Assembly: GCA_003516865.1 (NCBI GenBank)
Contig: DPBR01000004.1
Location: forward strand, 11,255-63,102
Direction of reading: 5' to 3'
Length of the DNA stretch: 51,848 bases
Source of the DNA: Oscillospiraceae bacterium
GTDB taxonomy: Bacteria; Bacillota; Clostridia; Oscillospirales; Ruminococcaceae
Shown here piece after piece: positions 27,935 to 37,539 of this stretch. The notes under the pieces were generated by a model. It saw nothing but the letters and a program-made list of their open reading frames with translations. It searched no databases and was not told the origin of the DNA. The first letter of the stretch is position 1, and every line of letters starts with the position of its first letter. A program made the position numbers and the translations under genes.

Positions 27935-29356
27935 TTATTCACCGCAAAGTTCCTTGTAAAGACCGATGTAAAGCTTTGCGGAAGAATCCCAGCTAAAGTC
28001 AGCCTTCATTGCGCGCGTAACAAGCTTGCTCCATTCGGTTTTATTACTATAACATTCTCTTGCGCGCTTGATTGCGCCGAGCATATCGCCTGCGTTATAG
28101 CTCTGGAATGTGTAGCCGATGCCGTTGTCGCCCGCGTCGATAATGCTGTCGCGCAGACCTCCCGTCGACCTTACAATCGGAACGGTGCCGTATCTCGCGG
28201 CAATCATCTGTGCAAGTCCGCAAGGCTCGCTCTTAGACGGCATAAGGAACATATCCGCGCCCGCGTAGATTTTCTTGGCGAGAACCGGGTTATATCCGCG
28301 GTAGAAGCCGACTTTATCGGGATAACGCCAATGCATTTCCTGGAAGAAATCCTCATACTGGCTTTCGCCTGAACCGAGAATTACAGCCTGCATATCAAGA
28401 CCGATAATATCGTCAAAGACGTATCTTACAAGGTCAAATCCCTTGTGGTCGGCAAATCTGGAAATCATCGCAATCGTCGGCACATCGTACTGCGGCATAC
28501 CGAATTCCTCGAAAATCGCGCTCTTGCACGCCGCTTTTCCCTTGTGATTTTTCGCCGAGAATTTTGCGGCAATCGTGGGGTCGGTTTCGGGATTGTACAA
28601 GTCAACGTCAATTCCGTTAAGGAAACCGCAGGTCTTGTACTGTTTATTGCGAAGAATTCTGTCAAGCCCGTGGCTGAACCAAGGGTCGAGAATTTCCTTT
28701 GCATAAGTCGGCGAAACTGTTGTAACCTTATCGGCGGTTTCAATTGCGCCCTTCATAAAGTTAATATCGCCGTCATATTCGAGTATATTCACATTGCAGG
28801 GAGGAATTCCGACCATATCCTTTACAAGGTCAAGACCGTATTGTCCCTGATATCCGATATTGTGAATAGTGAAAACGTGCTTGATGTTGTCAAAGCCGTA
28901 TTCGTTTCTGTAAAACAGATTATAGTAAACGGGAATAAGCGCGCACTGCCAGTCGTTGGAGTTGATAATCTGCGGGTGGAAATCAATATGACGGAGCATT
29001 TCAAGAACCGCTCTGCTGAAGAAAACATATCTTTCCGCGTCGTCAAAATAACCGTAAAGACCGTTATCGCGCTTGAAGTAATATTCATTGTCGAGGAAAT
29101 AATATGTAACGCCGTTCACTTCCTGCGAGAAAACTCCGCAATACTGATGACGCCAGCCGACAGGCACGGTGAAATTCGTTATAAAGTGCATTTTTTCCTT
29201 CTGTTCGGGCTTGATTGTATTGACATAATAAGGCATAACAACGCGCGCATTATGTCCCGCCTTTACAAGAGCCTTAGGAAGAGAACCCGCAACGTCCGCA
29301 AGTCCGCCGCTCGCCGCAAAAGGAAGCGCTTCGCTCGCCGCATACAGAATATTCAT
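27935..29356 (-). CDS. glgA: Glycogen synthase
   Basis: MNILYAASE...GGLADV, FTIHNIGYQG, MPSKSEPCGL, TGGLRDS; GGAGG RBS. Confidence 0.95.
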   Translation of the reverse strand: MNILYAASEALPFAASGGLADVAGSLPKALVKAGHNARVVMPYYVNTIKPEQKEKMHFITNFTVPVGWRHQYCGVFSQEVNGVTYYFLDNEYYFKRDNGLYGYFDDAERYVFFSRAVLEMLRHIDFHPQIINSNDWQCALIPVYYNLFYRNEYGFDNIKHVFTIHNIGYQGQYGLDLVKDMVGIPPCNVNILEYDGDINFMKGAIETADKVTTVSPTYAKEILDPWFSHGLDRILRNKQYKTCGFLNGIDVDLYNPETDPTIAAKFSAKNHKGKAACKSAIFEEFGMPQYDVPTIAMISRFADHKGFDLVRYVFDDIIGLDMQAVILGSGESQYEDFFQEMHWRYPDKVGFYRGYNPVLAKKIYAGADMFLMPSKSEPCGLAQMIAARYGTVPIVRSTGGLRDSIIDAGDNGIGYTFQSYNAGDMLGAIKRARECYSNKTEWSKLVTRAMKADFSWDSSAKLYIGLYKELCGE

Positions 29357-29397
29357 AAACAAAACCTCCACAAAATAACATTTTACTTCCAAATAAT

Positions 29398-29426
29398 AAT
29401 ATACCACAAACCGATAAAAATTTCAA
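29398..29426 (-). promoter_or_regulatory. Sigma-A promoter for glgA
   Basis: TTGAAA-17-TATATT with TGTG extension. Confidence 0.6.
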
Positions 29427-29457
29427 GAGCATTTTTATTTTTTTCTAAAATAATATA

Positions 29458-29482
29458 CTTCCCGCAGCAGAACCGCGGGAAG
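29458..29482 (-). terminator. Hairpin / probable terminator after the AIM24-family gene
   Basis: CTTCCCGCGG-TTCTG-CTGCGGGAAG; weak U tract. Confidence 0.5.
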
Positions 29483-29490
29483 AAAAATAA

Positions 29491-30153
29491 TCAGTTGGTA
29501 AACGAAAGAGAAGCAGCAAGCTGATTCTTGGGCATAGTCTGGAGATAAATCTTGCCGGGGCCCGTAACAACGGTGTTGAAGAAGCCTTCGCCGCCGAACA
29601 GAGAATTTCCGATTCCTCCGACTTTTCTGAAGTCCATAGTGCATGTACCCGACATTGCCGCGAGATAGCCCGTGTCGATAATCATTTCCTGACCCGCCTG
29701 AAGCTCGTACTCAACAACATAGCCGTCAATTTCAGCAAAAGCCATACCTGTGCCGTGAAGCCTTTGCATTATAAATCCCTCTCCGCCGAAAAAGCCCGCG
29801 CCGAGCTTTTTCTGGAAAGCAATCGAGAACTCAACCGAAGGCTGAGAAGCGAGATATCCGCCCTTCTGAACAATCATATCTCCCTGGCTGATATCAAACG
29901 GAATAATCGAACCGGGAACGCTTGACGCAAACGCAATCATTCCGGGATTTTTGCTTGCGGTATAAACGTTCTGGAAAATGGATTCTCCCGAAAACATCTT
30001 TCCGAAAGCCTTTCCGATGCCGCCCGTAGACGTTGACATTGTCATATTCGGCGTCATCCAGCTCATTGCGCCTTTCTGGCACATAACCGATTCTTCGGCG
30101 TCCAGATACACAATAAGCACGGGAAGCGGTTCGCCCTTAATTTCGTATCTCAT
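29491..30153 (-). CDS. TIGR00266 / AIM24 family protein
   Basis: MRYEIKG, GAMSWM, FSGESIF, repeated FGGEGF, GPGKIYLQTMP. Confidence 0.88.
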   Translation of the reverse strand: MRYEIKGEPLPVLIVYLDAEESVMCQKGAMSWMTPNMTMSTSTGGIGKAFGKMFSGESIFQNVYTASKNPGMIAFASSVPGSIIPFDISQGDMIVQKGGYLASQPSVEFSIAFQKKLGAGFFGGEGFIMQRLHGTGMAFAEIDGYVVEYELQAGQEMIIDTGYLAAMSGTCTMDFRKVGGIGNSLFGGEGFFNTVVTGPGKIYLQTMPKNQLAASLSFTN

Positions 30154-30198
30154 ATCAATTCTCCTTGTTTTTTTATTGCACAAATGTGCTTTTGCTAT

Positions 30199-30227
30199 AT
30201 TATACAATATTTCTATGTGTTTGTCAA
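30199..30227 (-). promoter_or_regulatory. Consensus sigma-A promoter
   Basis: TTGACA-17-TATAAT. Confidence 0.8.
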
Positions 30228-30233
30228 TACTTT

Positions 30234-30812
30234 TTATCTGTTTTTTAATCCAAAAGAGGAAAATAAATACACAAGCGTTGTCAAAAGCGTAACAGACGGC
30301 TTTTCTGCGAATATAAGCATAAATAATACGGCGAAAATACCGGAGAAAATCCCTGCGACATTCATCACAAAATCAACGTTTTCAGCCTTGAAGCGACGAA
30401 TTGCAAAAATTCTCAGCAAAACCGCGCCGTCGTATTCTCCAATAGGCAGCAAATTGAAAAGTCCCGTAAAAAGATTGATAACCGCCGCTATTTTCTCTCC
30501 CGCAACCCACAAAACAGCTGCAAAAATCAGATTTCCCGCGCTTCCGGCAAGCAGAATAATATTTCGCTTTCGCCGCGGCGCGCGCTCGATTTTTTCGGAG
30601 GAAATGCGTATTCCCGCGCCGTAAAAAGTTATCGTTTCGGTCGGAACCGAGAAAATTATCATCATAATCAGGTGAGATATTTCGTGAAGCGCGCAGGCTA
30701 AAATCGCTGAAAATCCGAAAACTCCCCCGTCTGTCATCAGAAAAAAAGCCATTACCGCAAAGAACGTAAAATCAAACCGTACCCGCGTGTTCATTATCGA
30801 AAACTGTATCAT
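30234..30812 (-). CDS. SpoIVFB-like intramembrane metalloprotease (M50)
   Basis: LHEISH, LAGSAGN, FNLLPIGEYDG; start uncertain. Confidence 0.8.
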   Translation of the reverse strand: MIQFSIMNTRVRFDFTFFAVMAFFLMTDGGVFGFSAILACALHEISHLIMMIIFSVPTETITFYGAGIRISSEKIERAPRRKRNIILLAGSAGNLIFAAVLWVAGEKIAAVINLFTGLFNLLPIGEYDGAVLLRIFAIRRFKAENVDFVMNVAGIFSGIFAVLFMLIFAEKPSVTLLTTLVYLFSSFGLKNR

Positions 30813-30837
30813 ACGCAATTGTATTCTGCGTTTGTCC

Positions 30838-30879
30838 GAAAAAGAACACGCTCCGCAAATTAACTGCGGAGCGTTTGTT
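30838..30879 (-). terminator. Intrinsic terminator after the SipW-like gene
   Basis: ACGCTCCGCA-GTTAATT-TGCGGAGCGT then GTTCTTTTT. Confidence 0.75.
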
Positions 30880-30880
30880 A

Positions 30881-32050
30881 TCAATGTTTATTTGACAGAC
30901 CGGATAATATGTCGTCAACCTCGTATCTTGTCTTATCGCGAACGTCGTCATCATCTTTCATCAAGTCCTCGACGCGCTTGTTTGCGATAATCTGAGTGCT
31001 GCGCTTTGACGCGGTTCTCGTTGGGAAAGCGGCGTTTTTCTCGTCCTCGCGCAGTTCTTCAACCGACACCTGCGGTTTTTTCGGGAGCTGTCTGCCTATC
31101 TGCGGCACTCTTGATTGAGTAAAAAACGCGTCGCTTGACCCGCTTTTCGCAAAGTCGGGAATTTCCGACGTTTTTCCGGTTTTTTCAGACGGATTTATGG
31201 TTTTTTCGTCTTTTTTCTCCGAATTATTGCGGAAAATAACCTTATCCTGCGGCATCTCTGCGTTAAATCTTACAAGCTCCTTAACGGATTTTTCCGCGGA
31301 AGCCGCGGTTTTCGCGTCGGAAATATCGGGAGTTTTGTCGGTAAGCGGAATAATCGGACGCTGTGCAGAAGCTGATTTTCTCTGTCTTGCGGCGTAAGAA
31401 AAAAGGATTTCGTCCGCACCGCCTCCGCTTTTAACCGTATTTCTGGAATATGTCCCTTTTCCATCGTCGGAAACGGATATTCCCGAAGGACTTACAAATT
31501 CGTCGTCGGGCATATTCTTGACCTGCGGGATAACTTCCGGAAGCGGTCGTCTTGCGGCAAAAGCCCTGATAATATCGTACAAAACAAGCGCTATGCACGG
31601 CAGGACCGCAATACAGAACATTCCGAACGGTGACTTTACAAAGCCGATTATTCCTCCCAGAACAATACTGCAATAATCCGCTCTGCCCACAAGGTCGCTT
31701 TCGGGAAGCGTATATTCCCTGCCGTTTTCCTGAACCTTGATGTAATAAACGCCGTCCTCCGCATAGTATTCCTTTGCATAACCCGTAGTCGGTTTTTTAT
31801 TTTCGCCTTTAGTGTAAAGAAGAAGCTTTCCGTTAATTACATCGCTCAGCTCGCATTTCTGAACTATAAGCGCGCTGTTTCTGGGCGCTGTCTGTATCTC
31901 GTCCGTCTGAACGACGAAAATGTTCACTCCGAACACGTTTACGATATCCGACGACCTGAACGCTGCCGCCGTAACAATCAGAAATATGCACACCGCAAGC
32001 ATCAATCCGCACAGGACGTAACCGATTACGCGCACGACTTTTTTCCCCAT
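30881..32050 (-). CDS. Membrane protein with a degenerate SipW/S26-like N-terminal domain and a long low-complexity tail
   Basis: TM, VFGVNIFVVQ, LIVQK, DLVGR, LGGIIGFVKSPFG, TM layout typical of SipW-type peptidases; SGSM and catalytic His absent. Confidence 0.6.
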   Translation of the reverse strand: MGKKVVRVIGYVLCGLMLAVCIFLIVTAAAFRSSDIVNVFGVNIFVVQTDEIQTAPRNSALIVQKCELSDVINGKLLLYTKGENKKPTTGYAKEYYAEDGVYYIKVQENGREYTLPESDLVGRADYCSIVLGGIIGFVKSPFGMFCIAVLPCIALVLYDIIRAFAARRPLPEVIPQVKNMPDDEFVSPSGISVSDDGKGTYSRNTVKSGGGADEILFSYAARQRKSASAQRPIIPLTDKTPDISDAKTAASAEKSVKELVRFNAEMPQDKVIFRNNSEKKDEKTINPSEKTGKTSEIPDFAKSGSSDAFFTQSRVPQIGRQLPKKPQVSVEELREDEKNAAFPTRTASKRSTQIIANKRVEDLMKDDDDVRDKTRYEVDDILSGLSNKH

Positions 32051-32075
32051 ATTTTCACCCCTGTTTTATATGAAA

Positions 32076-34079
32076 TTACAATCCCTTTGCCGAAGAAAGC
32101 GTAATTCCGTTTTCACCGAGAGGAATTGCGTGGTCAAGTCCGACAAACTTTCCGCTTTCCTGCCAAAGAACTTCCCTAACGAAATTGTATTTTTCCGTAT
32201 CCCAAGTCTTGAAATCATCGAGAACAAGTCCGCCCGTATCTCCCGAATTTGCGTTATAGCACCAGAACGTGTGGTTTAAGTGATAATTCTTGATAAGCTT
32301 TCGCATACAGGTCATCCACGTCAGGTTCGGTTCTCTCATAAATCCGCCCCATTCGCCGATAAGCAGCGGTGCAATGTTTTCTTTGTGAATGTAAAGCCAG
32401 TTGTCGTTCCAACAATCTCTCATCAGACTTTCATAGTTATACCCATTCTTAAACCAAGGCTGCTGATAAACCGTAGGTCCGTAATCGTGAGGAGAATAAA
32501 CGAGCTTGTTCTGATAACTGCCGAGATTTATGGGATAATCCCTTACACCGCGCAGGTTTCCGCCCCACCAGTTAAAATAATAATCGTCCGCGTTCTGCGA
32601 CTTATAGTCGGAATTTGACTTGCTTTTCGGATAAATTTCCGTTCCCTCGACCATTATGAGAACGTTCGGATTTATCGCAAGAATTTTCTTTGCAGCGGTT
32701 TCGGCGGTATATTTCCAGTTGTTAATATCGGTTGAATTGTTCCAGATTGCCTTGTTTTGTTCGTTCTGTTTACCGTGAGGCTCGTTTTTGATATCGATTG
32801 CTATAATCGTATCGTTGTTCTTATATCGCGAAGCAAGCCATTCCAGCGCGCGGTAATAATCGTTTACGGAAACCTTGTCGGTATACCAGAGATTTACGTT
32901 GTGACCCATTGCGTCGGTTTCGGCGCAGTGAATGTCGGGCATAACCTTCAAGCCGTTTTCTTCCGCGAGCTTCAAGAAATACTCGAAAATCTCAAGGCTG
33001 TTCATATCGTTAAGTTCGGGATTATAGGCGTTATTATAGTTTGCTCTGGGATATTCGCCCGCCGCCCACTGATTGATAAGCTGAACCGAAATCGGCACTC
33101 TTATCAGATTAAAGCCATGGTCTGCGATTGCCTTTACAGACGGAACAAGCTGACTGTTCCAAAGTCCGTCAAACGTGTTTGTTCCCGTGTTATAGCCAAA
33201 CCAGTTTACGCCCGTGAGCCAGACCTGCTTCCCGTTTTTATCGAGAATTTTGTTTCCGTCCGTATGAAGCCAGTCGTCGCCCTGAACAGCCTTATCCGAG
33301 CGCTTTAAAAGGTCTTTTACTTCGCCTGTCGGCGCAGGAGGATTATAGCCCCCGCTGCTGCTCTGAACGGGAATGCTGCTTTGAGTGGAACTTGAGCTGC
33401 TCGAAGCGCTGCCGCTTCCCGAACCGCCCATGGAATTGAGTGCCGACGGCGAACTGTAATTAAATCCGCCCGAAACCGAGCCTCCGGCGGGAATATTTCC
33501 GTTGTAATCAACGTTTGTAACAGTTACGGTCGAACCGTTAACCGAGAAATTTCCGCCCCATGAATTTGTTATTTTAAAGCCGTTCGGAACGGTAAAGCTG
33601 ACTTTCCAGCTTCCAACGGCGCTTCCGGAGTTGTTTTTTACGATAACCTCGGCAGAACCGCATTTATTTCCGCTTTCTTCCCAAGTATTGCCCGTCTTAA
33701 CCTCGCAGGAAATTCCGCCCGATAAAACGCTGCTCGTTGAACTTGACGATGATGAAGAAATGCTTGAAGAACTGCTTTGCGTGTTATCGGAGTAAGATGA
33801 ACTTTCGGTGCTTTCGACGCCCGAATAACTCTCGGAAGAACTTTCTGCCGATGCCGGCGAACTTTCGGACGAATATGTACTTTCGCCGCCGACAGGACTT
33901 CCGCCGACGGAATATTCCCCCGAACTCTGCCCATCGTAACTTTCGGGTAAATTCCCTGAAACAGAACTTTCAGATAAAGAACCGCTTTCGCCCTCTTTAA
34001 CGGTATTTCCCGCACAGCCTGTCGTCAGCAAAACAACCGCAAGAGCGAGCGACGCGGATTTCTTCAAGAACTTATTCAT
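32076..34079 (-). CDS. Lipoprotein endoglucanase: Ser-rich linker, CBM2, GH5
   Basis: Lipobox LLTTGC; CBM2-like W..N..W..W..YNG.I..GGSV..GF; GH5 [15 protein letters not shown] (acid/base), SPHDYGP, IGEWGG (nucleophile). Confidence 0.92.
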   Translation of the reverse strand: MNKFLKKSASLALAVVLLTTGCAGNTVKEGESGSLSESSVSGNLPESYDGQSSGEYSVGGSPVGGESTYSSESSPASAESSSESYSGVESTESSSYSDNTQSSSSSISSSSSSSTSSVLSGGISCEVKTGNTWEESGNKCGSAEVIVKNNSGSAVGSWKVSFTVPNGFKITNSWGGNFSVNGSTVTVTNVDYNGNIPAGGSVSGGFNYSSPSALNSMGGSGSGSASSSSSSTQSSIPVQSSSGGYNPPAPTGEVKDLLKRSDKAVQGDDWLHTDGNKILDKNGKQVWLTGVNWFGYNTGTNTFDGLWNSQLVPSVKAIADHGFNLIRVPISVQLINQWAAGEYPRANYNNAYNPELNDMNSLEIFEYFLKLAEENGLKVMPDIHCAETDAMGHNVNLWYTDKVSVNDYYRALEWLASRYKNNDTIIAIDIKNEPHGKQNEQNKAIWNNSTDINNWKYTAETAAKKILAINPNVLIMVEGTEIYPKSKSNSDYKSQNADDYYFNWWGGNLRGVRDYPINLGSYQNKLVYSPHDYGPTVYQQPWFKNGYNYESLMRDCWNDNWLYIHKENIAPLLIGEWGGFMREPNLTWMTCMRKLIKNYHLNHTFWCYNANSGDTGGLVLDDFKTWDTEKYNFVREVLWQESGKFVGLDHAIPLGENGITLSSAKGL

Positions 34080-34126
34080 ATTTTCAGCCTCCAACAAAGA
34101 GAATACCAAAGAAATATATTTATTTT

Positions 34127-34156
34127 ATTATAACACAATATGTAATTAATTGTCAA
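34127..34156 (-). promoter_or_regulatory. Sigma-A promoter for the cellulase
   Basis: TTGACA-18-TATAAT with extended TG. Confidence 0.7.
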
Positions 34157-34163
34157 GTACGGT

Positions 34164-34199
34164 AAAAAAATAATCCCCCGGACTTTTGCCCGAGGGATT
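34164..34199 (-). terminator. Intrinsic terminator after the SASP gene
   Basis: AATCCCTCGG-loop-CCGGGGGATT then ATTTTTTT. Confidence 0.85.
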
Positions 34200-34220
34200 G
34201 CTTCAGGTCGGAAAGAAAGC

Positions 34221-34397
34221 TTACTTAGCGCTCTGCTCGTAAGATTCAATCATCTTTTTCACCATCATACCACCGATTGAACCTGCCTGTCTTGCGGTAA
34301 GGTCGCCGTTATAGCCGTTGTTAAGGGTAACGCCTACTTCGTTGGCAGCCTGCATCTTGATGTTGTTAAGATTAGCCTTGGACTGTTTGTTAGACAT
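34221..34397 (-). CDS. Alpha/beta-type small acid-soluble spore protein
   Basis: KMQAANEVGV...YNGDLTARQAGSIGGMMVKKMI; AAGGAG RBS. Confidence 0.92.
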   Translation of the reverse strand: MSNKQSKANLNNIKMQAANEVGVTLNNGYNGDLTARQAGSIGGMMVKKMIESYEQSAK

Positions 34398-34510
34398 AAT
34401 AAATCTCCTTGAAATCAATAATAAGCAAAGGACTTAAGCGATTAAAACGAAAAATTGATTGATTGCCTTTGCGATATTATTATTTTCACAGTCCGAAAAA
34501 ATATTAAAGG

Positions 34511-34522
34511 GAATGTTTGTTC
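34511..34522. promoter_or_regulatory. Putative LexA (SOS) box upstream of the SASP gene
   Basis: GAATGTTTGTTC, one mismatch to GAAC-N4-GTTC. Confidence 0.5.
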
Positions 34523-34551
34523 AAAAAGTTATAAATTGTAATCAAACTTTT

Positions 34552-35139
34552 TCATTCCCTTTTTCCGCACGCAATAAGCGCGCGAATAATATTGCTTCCC
34601 ACGGTATTTCCGAGAATAAGCACAGCAAGCGCGGACAAATCCGCCATTCTATATTCTCCCGAAGCGCCGTAGTAAAACAAATCCGCAACCGTGTGGTCAA
34701 AACCGCATAAAACAAAAACGGGGATTGCGAAAATTATGCCTATATAATTCCCTGTTTTCTTAAAAAAATCGACGCCGAGATAAATCAGAATACCGCAGAA
34801 AATCGCCGAAACAAACAGCCACAGCAGATTGTTTGAAAGCTTTCCCGCGCAAACTTCAATCGCTTTTTCTTTAACGGCGGGATTGAACGAGCCAAGGGCT
34901 CCAAATCCGAATGCAAACACGCAGTTTACAACAGTCGCAACAAGAAAATCGGGAACATTCTTTTTGTTAATATAACCCGCCATTCCTGTAAAAAGGCTCA
35001 TTGAATAGCGGCACACAACAATCAGTCCGAAAGCAAAAAGCACAGCTCCGACATATTTATTTCCGCTTATCAAATTGCAGTATGAAGCAATTGAAATGAG
35101 AAGTGCCGCGCTTATCGCATTTATAATCGTTTTTTTCAT
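34552..35139 (-). CDS. Formate/nitrite transporter family protein (short)
   Basis: SLFTG, AIFCGIL, FVLCGFDHTVAD, ILGNTVG. Confidence 0.85.
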   Translation of the reverse strand: MKKTIINAISAALLISIASYCNLISGNKYVGAVLFAFGLIVVCRYSMSLFTGMAGYINKKNVPDFLVATVVNCVFAFGFGALGSFNPAVKEKAIEVCAGKLSNNLLWLFVSAIFCGILIYLGVDFFKKTGNYIGIIFAIPVFVLCGFDHTVADLFYYGASGEYRMADLSALAVLILGNTVGSNIIRALIACGKRE

Positions 35140-35153
35140 AAAACCTCTCGCGG

Positions 35154-36239
35154 TCAGATAAATTCGGCAATCTTATCGCCCATTTCCGAGCAGGAAACAA
35201 GCGTCATTCCCTCGCTCATAATATCGCCCGTGCGAATACCGTTTTCAAGCACCTTATTAACCGCGCTTTCAACGGCATCGGCTTCCTTATCCATTTTGAA
35301 TGAATAGCGAAGCATCATTGCCGCGGAAAGGATTGTTGCAATCGGGTTCGCCTTGTTCTGACCCGCGATATCGGGCGCTGAACCGCCGCTCGGCTCGTAC
35401 AGACCGAAGGTCGTTTCGTTCATTGAAGCGGAAGCGAGCATTCCGATTGAACCCGTAATCATCGACGCTTCGTCCGAAAGGATATCTCCGAACATATTCT
35501 CGGTTACCATAACGTCAAACTGCGCGGGGTCTTTTACAAGCTGCATTGCGCTGTTATCGACAAGCATATGCTCAAGAGTTACCTCGGGATAATCCTTTGC
35601 AACCTCCTCGACAACCTTTCTCCAGAGCCTTGAAGAATCAAGAACGTTCGCCTTATCCACGCTTGTAACCTTTTTTCTGCGCTGCATAGCCACATCAAAT
35701 GCCTTTACGGCAATTCTGCGGATTTCGTTTTCATTGTAGGAAAGCGTATCGACAGCGGTCATAACGCCGTCAATTTCCTCGGTTTTACGCGCTCCGAAAT
35801 AAAGTCCGCCCGTAAGCTCTCTCATAATCAGCATATCAAATCCCTTGTCCGCGATTTCTTTTTTGAGAGGGCAAGACTCGGAAAGCTGCGGGAAAAGCAC
35901 GCACGGTCTTAAATTCGCGAAAAGTCCGAGCGATTTTCTGAGCTTCAGCAATCCCGCTTCGGGACGAAGATTTGCGGGAAGCTTGTACCACGGCGAGGTT
36001 GTTGTGTTTCCGCCGATTGAGCCCATAAGAACCGCGTCGGAAGCCTTGCATCGCTCGATAGTTTCGTCCGTAAGCGGAACGCCGTTTGCGTCGATTGAAC
36101 AGCCGCCCATAAGAAGCTGCTCGTAATTAAACCTATGCCCGAATTTCTCCGCAACCTTATCAAGCACCTTCATCGCTTCGGAAACGATTTCGGGACCTAT
36201 TCCGTCGCCCTTAATAACCGCAATATTCTTTTCCATCAC
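35154..36239 (-). CDS. leuB: 3-isopropylmalate dehydrogenase
   Basis: [44 protein letters not shown]. Confidence 0.96.
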   Translation of the reverse strand: MMEKNIAVIKGDGIGPEIVSEAMKVLDKVAEKFGHRFNYEQLLMGGCSIDANGVPLTDETIERCKASDAVLMGSIGGNTTTSPWYKLPANLRPEAGLLKLRKSLGLFANLRPCVLFPQLSESCPLKKEIADKGFDMLIMRELTGGLYFGARKTEEIDGVMTAVDTLSYNENEIRRIAVKAFDVAMQRRKKVTSVDKANVLDSSRLWRKVVEEVAKDYPEVTLEHMLVDNSAMQLVKDPAQFDVMVTENMFGDILSDEASMITGSIGMLASASMNETTFGLYEPSGGSAPDIAGQNKANPIATILSAAMMLRYSFKMDKEADAVESAVNKVLENGIRTGDIMSEGMTLVSCSEMGDKIAEFI

Positions 36240-36254
36240 TCTGTAATCCTTTCA

Positions 36255-36749
36255 TCAGAAATCAATTTTGTAAACGACATATCTTACGCCGTCATAATCT
36301 CTCGCAGAAGATTTTCTTTCCGCAAAGCCGAATTTCTCGTAAAACCGCCTTGCGTCCGCATTATCCTCGGCAGTTTCAAGAACGGCGCCTTTGTAGCCCT
36401 TTTTCCTTGCTTCACGCAAAAAATGCATAAGCAGCTTCTTCCCGTAGCCTTTATGCTGCATATCGTGCGCCGTATAAAGCAGCATAATCGAAACGCAGCC
36501 CTCAAAAGCCTTGTATTCGCAGCATTCACCCGCACAGACAGCGCATATTTCACCGTCAACAAGAAGCACATATATGTACTTTCCGTCAACAATCAGCTTT
36601 GTGAAGCTTCTGCGGCGACGCTCGCCGGAATAGCGCTCAATCATCTCCTGAGAGAAAAACGACTTGTAATTCTCCCTCCAGCAGCCGTCCACAATTCTGC
36701 TCATTCCCTCAACGTCGAAAAGCTCGGCGGGTCTGATATCAATTCTCAT
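36255..36749 (-). CDS. GNAT family N-acetyltransferase
   Basis: Motif [10 protein letters not shown], motif [14 protein letters not shown]. Confidence 0.88.
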   Translation of the reverse strand: MRIDIRPAELFDVEGMSRIVDGCWRENYKSFFSQEMIERYSGERRRRSFTKLIVDGKYIYVLLVDGEICAVCAGECCEYKAFEGCVSIMLLYTAHDMQHKGYGKKLLMHFLREARKKGYKGAVLETAEDNADARRFYEKFGFAERKSSARDYDGVRYVVYKIDF

Positions 36750-37228
36750 TTCTTCAAAGAGTTGAGAAGCCCGCCATTATTAATAATATCTTTGATAAAT
36801 TCGGGGAAAGGCTGAGCCTTGTAGGTTTTATTCTTAGTGATATTTGTGATAATTCCCGTATCGAAGTCGATTTCAACCTCGTTTCCATCGTCGATATCCT
36901 TAGCGGCTTCGTCACATTCAAGAATAGGAAGTCCGATATTAATAGCGTTTCTGTAAAAAATTCTCGCAAAAGTTGACGCGATAACGCAGCCTATTCCGCT
37001 TGCCTTAATTGCAATCGGAGCGTGCTCGCGGGAGCTTCCGCAGCCAAAATTCATATTTGCGACAATAATATCGCCGTCTTTGACGTTTTTCACAAAGTCC
37101 TTGTCGATATCCTCCATACAGTGAGAAGCAAGCTCCTTGTGGTCGGAGGTGTTGAGGTAACGCGCGGGGATAATTACGTCCGTGTCAACGTTATCTCCGT
37201 ACTTATGTACAATTCCGTGTGCTTTCAT
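36746..37228 (-). CDS. leuD: 3-isopropylmalate dehydratase small subunit
   Basis: [34 protein letters not shown]. Confidence 0.95.
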   Translation of the reverse strand: MKAHGIVHKYGDNVDTDVIIPARYLNTSDHKELASHCMEDIDKDFVKNVKDGDIIVANMNFGCGSSREHAPIAIKASGIGCVIASTFARIFYRNAINIGLPILECDEAAKDIDDGNEVEIDFDTGIITNITKNKTYKAQPFPEFIKDIINNGGLLNSLKK

Positions 37229-37239
37229 ATCAATTCTCC

Positions 37240-37539
37240 TTATATTTCAAAATCAACGCATTTTCTGTCCGCAACGAACGGTCTTACGCGCTCGTCCGCA
37301 ACCTTAACGTGTTCGGGGTGAACGGAATAGCCTTTGAGAGCTTCGGCGCTTGTGAAAGTGCTGTCGAGCATCAAATCTCCCGTTGAAGTCGGAAGAAGCT
37401 TAGTAATCACCTTAATCTCGGTTAATCCCTCGATTTTTCCGTTCAAAGACTCCAGCCCCTCTTTGATAAGGCGCTTATGCTCAGCCTTTTCGCTTTCTGG
37501 CATCTCCTTTAGCTTCCATATAATAACGTGTTTAACCAT
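37240..37539 (-). CDS. Dabb family (stress-responsive alpha/beta barrel) protein
   Basis: [23 protein letters not shown]. Confidence 0.88.
   Translation of the reverse strand: MVKHVIIWKLKEMPESEKAEHKRLIKEGLESLNGKIEGLTEIKVITKLLPTSTGDLMLDSTFTSAEALKGYSVHPEHVKVADERVRPFVADRKCVDFEI

Noticed and set aside
28445..29524. 359-aa plus-strand ORF and the many other antisense or alternate-frame ORFs (e.g. 16875-17636, 19075-19797, 10962-11618, 36135-36815)
   Set aside because: They overlap well-supported genes and show no recognisable motifs; shadow ORFs from codon bias
33340..33980. Ser-rich stretches in the cellulase (and at 8100-8190) as DNA tandem repeats or phase-variable tracts
   Set aside because: Serine codons are mixed and there is no nucleotide-level repeat unit; ordinary linkers
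34435..34446. TTAAGCGATTAA LacI-like palindrome near the SASP gene (similar 11-mer at 6-16)
   Set aside because: Short, imperfect and separated from the cellulase promoter by a gene and a terminator
36736..37238. 12-bp direct repeat ATATCAATTCTC flanking leuD as a target-site duplication
   Set aside because: One copy is simply the RBS-start region, and the same string is the RBS of the AIM24 gene at 30152-30163; better explained as RBS convergence or chance
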